From: a virus
Taxonomy: Duplodnaviria; Caudoviricetes
IMG/VR virus record: IMGVR_UViG_3300020045_000926
Location: 1 to 46,305 of that record
Length of the DNA: 46,305 nucleotides
Reading direction: 5' to 3' (one strand)
How positions within the stretch are numbered: position 1 is the first letter of the stretch; every line of letters starts with the position of its first letter. A program made the position numbers and the translations under genes. Positions 17,462 to 24,957 of the stretch are shown piece by piece. The notes beneath the pieces are model-generated. The model was not told the origin of the DNA and searched no databases. It saw nothing but the letters and a program-made list of their open reading frames with translations.

Positions 17462-19198
17462 TTATTCATCTACCGGCATTGGTATATCCTTAAATTTAAA
17501 AAGTTTAGACTTACTAATCTCAGTCCATCCCTTAACCATAGCTTTAGCAAGTCTTGACTGCCATAACTCTTTATCTTCTTTAAGAACTCTCAAGTATATA
17601 GCATCGTGAACAACATTAAAGATTAATTTAAGTGCCTCAGGATATTCTTTAATTAAGAAGTGAACTGCCAACTTAGTAGTTTCAGCACCAGAACCTTGAA
17701 CAGGCCCATTAATACCATCTGTACCTAATTTAGGTTTAACTTTCCTACCTAATGCTGTTTCATAAAAGAAACTAGGTTTACTATAGTTATTCCATACATA
17801 CTCGTGATATTTCTTAATACCAGGATATTTAGTGAAGTATTTATTTCTTAGTGCTGTAGACTCTTCTAAAGATACTTTAACACCATAACTTACGAATGCA
17901 TAGTTTTGATAGGTCTTAGCAGACATCCCAAATACATAACCAAAGTTAATTGACTTAGCTAGAGTTCTATCTGTCTTAGTAACAAACTTAGTACCTTTAT
18001 TAGATGAATCGTGAATAGTATCATAATCACTACCTAATAATCCATCAGGATGAAGCTCTTTACCAGTAGAAGATATGGCCATAGAAGTATGTAAATCTTC
18101 TCCCTCTTTTAACTGTCTATACATTTCAGGCTCATTAAATATTGCACAAGCTAGTCTTAATTCTAGTGTAGAATAATCTAAACCTACTACTGTTGTAGTA
18201 TCTGTATCAGCTTTAAATAAAGGTTGAAATCTTCTAGGTATTTGTTGTGCATTAAATCCATTAGGTATATCTCCACCACTAGAGGTAAATCTTCCAGTAG
18301 CTGCACCAGCAACATTAAACTTAGTATACATTTTATCATAATTAATTGATTCTAAATAAGACTTCTCTTTTATAGCTCTTTTAAGTTCTGTCAAGGCTGC
18401 TGCTTTACCTGCTAATGGTTTATCTGATAAAGAATAAATTACTAGAGCATCGTGGTCAGATTCTTCAACACCTAAGTATTCTCTAACTTGTTTATAACTA
18501 TTAGGATTAAATCCTACTGGGAACTCTAATCTTAATCTAGCAATATCTTTTATACATTTCTCTAATAGAATTTCTCTTTTAGGTAAATCTACTAATAGTC
18601 CATTTTGTTGATATTGTATAGCATATATTTGAGATAACATATCAACTTTATAAGCTAGATTATTCTCAATAACATCTTGTATCTTAGGGTCTGCCCACAT
18701 TAAACTAAGTGCATATACATCTGTTGCAGAATATTGTATTTGTGCTTGAGATAAATATGCTCCCTTTTTAAATCCAGCTTTTTGTAATGATTTTTTATCT
18801 AAACTTTTATAAAGATGCCCAAACCCTAGTTTATCTACAACTTTATCTAAGTTGAACTCTATAAAGTGGCAATAAGCAGTTTTAATGGCATAAAATAAAT
18901 CATCTACTTTTGCAGTAATGAAATTTAGGGTACCTAAGTCGTATGATGAATTATACCAAACAGTGTGAAAATCAGATAAGTAAGTTGTAACTTGGTTTAA
19001 GATATTATCATAATCTTTTTGAGAGTAACCTAATGGTGCAACATCAAAAATATAAATAGTATCATCGGTAGTAGGTTGGTAGAATTGTATTAATCTAGTA
19101 CCAACATATAATTGTTCTGTTTCAATATCGCAGAACGTAGGTTCAATAGTAGAGAGTTTTGGTAACTCTTCAATTTTAGTAATTATTTTAACTTTCAT
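17462..19198 (-). CDS. polA: Family A DNA polymerase with 3'-5' exonuclease domain (start re-called at 19198)
   Basis: DIET exo I, TGRFTS, DYSTLELR motif A, R..AKSINFG motif B, VHD motif C; AAGGAA RBS before the ATG at 19198. Confidence 0.93.
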   Translation of the reverse strand: MKVKIITKIEELPKLSTIEPTFCDIETEQLYVGTRLIQFYQPTTDDTIYIFDVAPLGYSQKDYDNILNQVTTYLSDFHTVWYNSSYDLGTLNFITAKVDDLFYAIKTAYCHFIEFNLDKVVDKLGFGHLYKSLDKKSLQKAGFKKGAYLSQAQIQYSATDVYALSLMWADPKIQDVIENNLAYKVDMLSQIYAIQYQQNGLLVDLPKREILLEKCIKDIARLRLEFPVGFNPNSYKQVREYLGVEESDHDALVIYSLSDKPLAGKAAALTELKRAIKEKSYLESINYDKMYTKFNVAGAATGRFTSSGGDIPNGFNAQQIPRRFQPLFKADTDTTTVVGLDYSTLELRLACAIFNEPEMYRQLKEGEDLHTSMAISSTGKELHPDGLLGSDYDTIHDSSNKGTKFVTKTDRTLAKSINFGYVFGMSAKTYQNYAFVSYGVKVSLEESTALRNKYFTKYPGIKKYHEYVWNNYSKPSFFYETALGRKVKPKLGTDGINGPVQGSGAETTKLAVHFLIKEYPEALKLIFNVVHDAIYLRVLKEDKELWQSRLAKAMVKGWTEISKSKLFKFKDIPMPVDE

Positions 19199-19242
19199 TT
19201 TATTCCTTGTTTTGTAGGCTATCAACTGCCTTAATATGTTAA

Positions 19243-19284
19243 TAAAAGCACACTAATTAAAGTGTGCCTAATAGTGTGCTTTTA
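19243..19284. promoter_or_regulatory. Hairpin element with alternative pairings in the polA leader
   Basis: TAAAAGCACACTA (19243-55) is complementary to TAGTGTGCTTTTA (19272-84), and its core GCACACT to AGTGTGC (19261-67). Confidence 0.5.
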
Positions 19285-19334
19285 CGACTAAGTATAGTTT
19301 AGTAATTGGCGATTACTAATTAACTGTTCCTATA

Positions 19335-19979
19335 CTAAATTTGTGGTTTTTCTTCATTAGATAAATCTACATCAGTTTCTAAGTCAATATCTTCAGCACC
19401 ATCAATACTATCTGCTTGAACAGATGTACCTGTATATTTAACTAGATTACCAGCTAATTGTACAGCGCTTAAATATAAAGAAATCTTATGAGTTCCACCT
19501 ACATTATTACCAGAAGCTACACCGTGTAAAATACCTTCAGTACCATTACCAATTTTCCAGTCAGCTGAGTGAATTGCTTCAGTACATTTCTTACCTGATG
19601 GTTGAAATACGTCTACAATTTTAGCATTACCATCTTGCCATTTTACACCTGTTTTAAATGTAGCAATAACTTGATTAGTTTCAACTTTCTTCTTAGCTCC
19701 ATACTCATCTAATTCATCAGTTTCCTGCATCACTGGTTTAATACCATTTGATTTATGTGCACCTTTAATTCCATTAGCTTTAGAATATTCTTCCCAAACT
19801 TCTTTAATTTGTTGTAGTAGATGTTTATGACCTGCTGAGTCTTTCTCGAAAACTACTGAAGCCATATATTGCATATTCTCTGGTTGTCCTGGCATTGAGC
19901 CATTTCTACCTTCTCCAGTAATAGTAACGTACATTAATGTACCTTTTAATGTCTTGATGTCTTTGTTTACGTTTGGCAT
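19335..19979 (-). CDS. Single-stranded DNA-binding protein (T7 gp2.5-like)
   Basis: IGNG..G...G and SLYL.AVQL motifs; acidic C-terminal tail; upstream of polA. Confidence 0.65.
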   Translation of the reverse strand: MPNVNKDIKTLKGTLMYVTITGEGRNGSMPGQPENMQYMASVVFEKDSAGHKHLLQQIKEVWEEYSKANGIKGAHKSNGIKPVMQETDELDEYGAKKKVETNQVIATFKTGVKWQDGNAKIVDVFQPSGKKCTEAIHSADWKIGNGTEGILHGVASGNNVGGTHKISLYLSAVQLAGNLVKYTGTSVQADSIDGAEDIDLETDVDLSNEEKPQI

Positions 19980-20082
19980 GTTTTGTCCTTTTAATGCTAT
20001 GTTGTTGAATCTTAGATTTAAGAAAACCTATGTCGTTGTTTTAATAGAAAATTTTGGTTAAGTATATAAATTACCAAATCCA

Positions 20083-20159
20083 TATACTTAATATAGATAT
20101 GGGCCGAGTCATATCTATATTAAGTATACAAAAGGTATAAGAAATATCTTATACCTTTT
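20083..20159. terminator. Two adjacent perfect hairpins (19-bp and 13-bp stems)
   Basis: 20083-20101/20110-20128 and 20130-20142/20147-20159, immediately after the 20163 stop. Confidence 0.65.
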
Positions 20160-20162
20160 AAA

Positions 20163-20609
20163 TTATGCAATTACTGAATAATCAGGTTCAGTTGGCAGTG
20201 CAGCAACTTGCGCTTTACCTTCAGCTGGTGTGATAACTTCATCCATAACATCTTTAGTGATAGCATCTTTAGAAGCTTTAATAGTTTTAAGGAAATCACT
20301 TTTGATTTTATATGCAGCTCTTGAATGTCTTGATAAAGTATTACCATCAACATCAACAATTTTTGAATCTTTCTCATTATAGAAATTTTCAACATTTGCA
20401 GGTAACCAAGCACCTGAAATAGAACATTTAATTTCTGTAACAGCACCATTTTCATTTGTTTTAGTAATTTCAGATAAATCTAAAACTGTTCCACCTTTTT
20501 TAGGAGTTAATAACTCCATAATATCAATAAATAGGTTTTTGCTTTCTGCAACTCCGTGTTTTACCAAAATTTCTTTTGCTAATTCTGCTAATTCTTTTTT
20601 ACTTGCCAT
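20163..20609 (-). CDS. Hypothetical early protein, paralog of 29080..29652
   Basis: AAGGAG RBS, own promoter and terminator; shares IL.K.G, PK, C....P and VMD.V.T..E.K motifs with the paralog. Confidence 0.75.
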   Translation of the reverse strand: MASKKELAELAKEILVKHGVAESKNLFIDIMELLTPKKGGTVLDLSEITKTNENGAVTEIKCSISGAWLPANVENFYNEKDSKIVDVDGNTLSRHSRAAYKIKSDFLKTIKASKDAITKDVMDEVITPAEGKAQVAALPTEPDYSVIA

Positions 20610-20716
20610 GTTGGCTCCTTTAATTTTTTTGTATTTTAAGTTTAGGTATATAACCTATCTATAAAGAACTTAATTATCTTCATAGATAGATTATATCTTC
20701 TAATCTTTGATATATA

Positions 20717-20752
20717 GAATTATATGATAATATTTCTTAAATATAGATTAAT
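20717..20752 (-). promoter_or_regulatory. Sigma70-type promoter (repeated family)
   Basis: 20713-20741 is identical over 29 nt to 24888-24916; TTAA-N12-TATAAT on the minus strand. Confidence 0.7.
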
Positions 20753-20815
20753 TTAATTGAATTAATCTATATTTTTTATAAATTTCTATAAATTGGTAAA
20801 ATAAGGTAATTTAGA

Positions 20816-22009
20816 CTAATTATATATGAATACAGTCTTTCTAGCTCTTGATAAAGCCACATACATCAATCTAGCATAAGTACCATAATAGTCATTCATT
20901 ATAGACTTTTGTATATCTTGTTTCATTATCCATACTCTATCAAACTCACTACCTTGAGCTTTATGTACAGTGGAGGCAAAACTATAATCCATAGTGAAGG
21001 CTCTCCCTAATGCATACACCCATTTAAACATAGCTTTATTCTTTACTGCAGCCTCTTTAGCTTTCTTTAGTACTTCATTAGCATTACCAATACCTTTTAT
21101 AATAGGTATCATAAAGTCTTCAACTATTATAAACTCTATATCTTTATGGTCTATTAATGCTTGTAAAGACATTTCTAAGTATTTACTAGAGATTTGACTA
21201 TTTTGAAGTTTTAAGTTACCAACTTCATAGGACATTATTAACTCTTCTAATGAAGGACTATAGAATTCGTCTATAACAACAGTACTAGTCATATTTCCTA
21301 GTTGTACTTCTTGTCCTATAAAGTCTTTAATACCTAAATGGTTAGCTATTAAAATATTCATATTCCCTACTTCTTTATTAGTATAACAAAGAAGCCTATC
21401 TCCCTTCTCAAATTGTTCTATTGAACTATTAGTAAATATAATATTTTCACTAGGTTTTATAGTTAAATCTAGGTTAGTACCCTCTAAGTATCTAACAAAC
21501 TTAGTGAATGTATTAACTATATCTTTACTCTCAGCTCTATGCTGAGTAGTTAAATTAGTTGTAGTATCCGGGTCTATTTGTATCTGTTTACCTTTAACTG
21601 GAAGTAATTGATAAGGGTCTAAAAATACATCTATAACTATATTCTCTGTTTCAAAGTTATGTATATCTTCTATCTTAGCAGTTAGTTCCATAAACATATC
21701 CTCGGACATCATACCACCCTCATCAATTATTATATGTGTATATTCTGCTATTGGCTTTTCTAGCTTTATAGTAACATCTATGTGGTTTATATGTTCAGCA
21801 TTCTCATTTATTCCTGGTATCCAACCTAATATAGAATGTATAGTTTTTATCTCAACTAGTGGATTAGTTAAGTAATCCATAAGACGTTTTATAGACTTAT
21901 GAGTAGGACATAAAACAATTGATGTTTCTGGGTCTACTTCTTTAAGTCTTTCTAGTAGTCTAGTAGACTTACCAGTACCAGCATAACCGGTAATGTAATT
22001 TATATTCAT
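20816..22009 (-). CDS. SF1 Dda/RecD-like helicase
   Basis: GYAGTGKS, PTHK, TIHS, IIDE, QLLPV, TVHKAQGSEF and YVALSRA motifs. Confidence 0.9.
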   Translation of the reverse strand: MNINYITGYAGTGKSTRLLERLKEVDPETSIVLCPTHKSIKRLMDYLTNPLVEIKTIHSILGWIPGINENAEHINHIDVTIKLEKPIAEYTHIIIDEGGMMSEDMFMELTAKIEDIHNFETENIVIDVFLDPYQLLPVKGKQIQIDPDTTTNLTTQHRAESKDIVNTFTKFVRYLEGTNLDLTIKPSENIIFTNSSIEQFEKGDRLLCYTNKEVGNMNILIANHLGIKDFIGQEVQLGNMTSTVVIDEFYSPSLEELIMSYEVGNLKLQNSQISSKYLEMSLQALIDHKDIEFIIVEDFMIPIIKGIGNANEVLKKAKEAAVKNKAMFKWVYALGRAFTMDYSFASTVHKAQGSEFDRVWIMKQDIQKSIMNDYYGTYARLMYVALSRARKTVFIYN

Positions 22010-22230
22010 TTAATCTCCTTTATAGTATGTATAAATGGGAATTTACTAGTTACTTTATAATGTAACCTATATATAAGTTGTTTAGTTGCCACTATAGTAA
22101 CAGCACCAGGCCCTTTACCACCACAATATGGACATACTCCTGAACTATGTAGTCTAGTATAGTCCGATAATATGGTATCACAACAGATACATAATCTTTG
22201 TTCTTGCCATTTAGTAGTTCTTATATTCAT
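22006..22230 (-). CDS. Small Zn-ribbon-like protein
   Basis: CICC...CPYC; GGGAG RBS. Confidence 0.55.
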   Translation of the reverse strand: MNIRTTKWQEQRLCICCDTILSDYTRLHSSGVCPYCGGKGPGAVTIVATKQLIYRLHYKVTSKFPFIHTIKEIK

Positions 22231-22242
22231 TTAATCTCCCTT

Positions 22243-22319
22243 AATTTTATTAATCAATATATGATTATTTATATATTGATTAATAAAATTATATCTATCT
22301 AATTAAAGATAGATATAAT
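22243..22319. terminator. Two overlapping perfect hairpins (20-bp and 13-bp stems)
   Basis: 22243-62/22271-90 and 22288-300/22307-19. Confidence 0.55.
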
Positions 22320-22336
22320 CAATATATGATGATATA

Positions 22337-22858
22337 TCATATATTTTTAATTGTTTCTTTAAGCTCAACTGAGTCTTTAATTAGTGTAGTAAGATATACT
22401 ACTTCATCAAATGACTTACTTTCTTCTAATGACACCCTTAGTAGTTTAGTTAGCTTTACTTGATACTTAGTTATAGAATCTACTACATCCTTTATAGCTA
22501 ATTCTCTGTCAGTTTCACAAGGTTCACTAGAACTATTCTGAGTAGTATCATCAACTGGTAAACACTCACAACTTGTAGGCTCTTCAACTGGTAAACACTC
22601 ATCACAACTTGTAGGTTCTTCTCCAACTAATAAATTCATATCAGAATCACAAGTTGGGAGTTCTACAGCATCTAATACTAAATTCATATCAGAATCACTA
22701 ACCTTGTCCTGGTAGTAACCCTCCTTAGTAAATGTATACTCCTCACCATTATATAGCCTTATAGTAATGATTGAGTATATTCTACTTTCATTAATCTCAA
22801 TTATCCTAAACTCTGTACCATCTCTATTAGTAACTACATCTCCAACTTTTAAATTCAT
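22337..22858 (-). CDS. Hypothetical protein with internal Cys/acidic repeats
   Basis: DSDMNL x2 and EEPTSC(D)ECLPV x2. Confidence 0.65.
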   Translation of the reverse strand: MNLKVGDVVTNRDGTEFRIIEINESRIYSIITIRLYNGEEYTFTKEGYYQDKVSDSDMNLVLDAVELPTCDSDMNLLVGEEPTSCDECLPVEEPTSCECLPVDDTTQNSSSEPCETDRELAIKDVVDSITKYQVKLTKLLRVSLEESKSFDEVVYLTTLIKDSVELKETIKNI

Positions 22859-23529
22859 TTCACACTTCCTATAAATAATTGTTTGTCTAATTCTGGTAAA
22901 GCTTCAAACATAGCTTTTGCTAATAGTTGAATCTCCCACAACGCTTTCTTATCTGTCCTTAAACTTAAGAAGTTTTGTAAACTTCTAGCATTTATTGTCA
23001 TAACTAAAGATGTCTTATATGCCTCAGGCATACAGTATTTAGCTTTATCATTAGGAGCACCCTGTCTTACAAGTTCTCCAGTTAGTACATTTTTTAGTCT
23101 TTGTAAAGCAAAAAGTGAGCTTATGTCAGTTTCTCTATCTCCTGTAAAGACAATATACTTTTTAGCTCTTACAGAATCAAAGGTACATAAAGAGCCCATA
23201 AAATAAGTAAAGTACTCATCTTTTGGTTGTTCCTGACTTAAAAAACTAGGCTCCTGTTTTGACTCTTGTAAAGTATATCTAGTACTTTTAACTGTATAAC
23301 TAGCTATTCTGTGTCTTGCAACTTCTTGTAGACAGGCTCTACTAATACCATCAATATCAAAGTTATAAACTAAGTGCTCAATAACACTCTCATGTTTAAG
23401 TTGATTAGATACATTATCTATTCTACTTAATCTTTTTTCATCTGTTGTATGTGGTGTATTTGAATAACACTTACATATAGCTATATCTGCAACACTCAGT
23501 GGTGTGCTACTTAATAATTTAACTTGCAT
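22855..23529 (-). CDS. thyX: Flavin-dependent thymidylate synthase (canonical); start re-called at 23529
   Basis: HESVIEH, RHRIASYTVKSTRY (RHR-X7-S), N.RSL.NF..LR....A.WEI; GGAGGA RBS. Confidence 0.92.
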   Translation of the reverse strand: MQVKLLSSTPLSVADIAICKCYSNTPHTTDEKRLSRIDNVSNQLKHESVIEHLVYNFDIDGISRACLQEVARHRIASYTVKSTRYTLQESKQEPSFLSQEQPKDEYFTYFMGSLCTFDSVRAKKYIVFTGDRETDISSLFALQRLKNVLTGELVRQGAPNDKAKYCMPEAYKTSLVMTINARSLQNFLSLRTDKKALWEIQLLAKAMFEALPELDKQLFIGSVK

Positions 23530-23530
23530 C

Positions 23531-23830
23531 TTAATCCTCCGATAAAATTTGTTCTGCTTCTTCTCTAGTAGGAGTCTTCTTGTATTCCCACCACTCTGCA
23601 CCATCATATTCTCCTCTTTCTAACCAAGAAGAATCCTTAAATACTACTATACCAAATAACTCTTGTCTTCCATACCCATTTCCATATCTAGTAGCTAACC
23701 TATCTAATTTAGATATGTCATTAACTTCTATACTATTTAGTTTAATAGCTAAGTAGTCTATGTCATCTAATGTTTTATTAATCTTGGTTAAAACTATTAA
23801 TAATTCTTCTTCTGCAAGTATATATCCCAT
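23531..23830 (-). CDS. Conserved-looking phage hypothetical protein (start re-called at 23830)
   Basis: Y.NGYG.QE.FG...FKD.SWLER.EYDGAEWW pattern; GGAAGG RBS. Confidence 0.65.
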   Translation of the reverse strand: MGYILAEEELLIVLTKINKTLDDIDYLAIKLNSIEVNDISKLDRLATRYGNGYGRQELFGIVVFKDSSWLERGEYDGAEWWEYKKTPTREEAEQILSED

Positions 23831-23831
23831 A

Positions 23832-24017
23832 TTAGTTTGCCTTCCAATCACTTAAATCTGGCTTAGAGTCCTCAAACTCCTTAAGAGCTATAGTGACAGC
23901 TCCACCTTGTGCTCTATACTCTTCATTTAAAGTATTTATAGCTTTCTGTCTAACCTCTACTGGAGCATCAGAAGTCTGATAGCTCTGTAGTTTATCTAAG
24001 TATTCCTTATGTGTCAT
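23832..24017 (-). CDS. Hypothetical protein
   Basis: Tightly packed in the operon; AAGGA RBS. Confidence 0.6.
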   Translation of the reverse strand: MTHKEYLDKLQSYQTSDAPVEVRQKAINTLNEEYRAQGGAVTIALKEFEDSKPDLSDWKAN

Positions 24018-24018
24018 A

Positions 24019-24201
24019 TTACTTATCCTTTAATCTTTCATAAGCTTCATCACTATCATCTAGTGACTCAAATTTATCTACACAAAACTCATCGAAATCC
24101 ATCGGAGTTTTGTGTGATTCCTCACAATCTAATACATAATCATTATGCTCATTAACTAAGTGATTATAGTTAATATTTATGAACGCATTTAATGTTATCA
24201 T
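24019..24201 (-). CDS. Small acidic hypothetical protein
   Basis: AAGG RBS; Asp/Glu-rich 60 aa. Confidence 0.6.
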   Translation of the reverse strand: MITLNAFININYNHLVNEHNDYVLDCEESHKTPMDFDEFCVDKFESLDDSDEAYERLKDK

Positions 24202-24313
24202 TAGTTTACCTTTACTTTATTAAGTGTTTTATAGCATCATAAAATGATTTTTCAGTCATTCTTGTTTCTCCTGTGTTCTATGTATCCATATACAAATACT
24301 CCTATAAAGAATA

Positions 24314-24844
24314 TTAGCTCAACTGCAACTTCATAATCCATTCTGGAACCTCTCTTTTTGTATATTTTAGTAAGTCTTTCTTATAGGTAGCATAATATGC
24401 TCTATAAGGTCCGACAGCATCTTCTTCTGTACTAATAAGTTCTTCAGGAATAGCCTGTGCGAATGGTTGCAAGTCTATATCTGGTAACATATTAATTATC
24501 TTTTTGTGGTCTAAGTTCTTAAATACTACATATGATTTATGTTCATCAGTAGTAGTTAAGCTATCGTAATCTTCAATACTACAGTTATGGTTAAACCTAT
24601 ATTTCCATTCTTCATGTAACTCTTCAATTAGTTCACATAACCACATATAATTATGTTTACTCTTTCTTACCCATAATGAGCAAGGATGATTAGCGTGTGT
24701 AGTTTTATATGGTGTATCTAATCCATATAAGTTATGTGTTGTACATATCATCTGTACTGACTCTAGTATCATCTTTACTACGTGTTTGTCACAATGGTAT
24801 TGTGCACAAGTCTTAGGGTTATAATCCAAAACAAATATATTCAT
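24314..24844 (-). CDS. Pyrimidine-dimer DNA glycosylase (T4 endonuclease V-like) family protein
   Basis: MNIF.LD..P..CA..HCDKHVVKMILES.Q, H.NHPC..W.R.S and YR.YY motifs. Confidence 0.75.
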   Translation of the reverse strand: MNIFVLDYNPKTCAQYHCDKHVVKMILESVQMICTTHNLYGLDTPYKTTHANHPCSLWVRKSKHNYMWLCELIEELHEEWKYRFNHNCSIEDYDSLTTTDEHKSYVVFKNLDHKKIINMLPDIDLQPFAQAIPEELISTEEDAVGPYRAYYATYKKDLLKYTKREVPEWIMKLQLS

Positions 24845-24891
24845 AATAGTTCCTTTAAGTTTTTATAAATCTTTCTGATTTATTTCTTATA

Positions 24892-24927
24892 GAATTATAT
24901 GATAATATTTCTTAAAATTTAATTAAA
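24892..24927 (-). promoter_or_regulatory. Sigma70-type promoter (repeated family)
   Basis: Minus strand TTTAATTAAATTTTAAGAAATATTATCATATAATTC. Confidence 0.72.
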
Positions 24928-24957
24928 TTAAAAAAGAATTATAAGATTTTTAAAATC

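Noticed and set aside
24314-24844. Link between the endonuclease V label and deoxyinosine repair
   Set aside because: The motifs belong to the T4 DenV-like glycosylase family, unrelated to the inosine-cleaving Nfi endonuclease V
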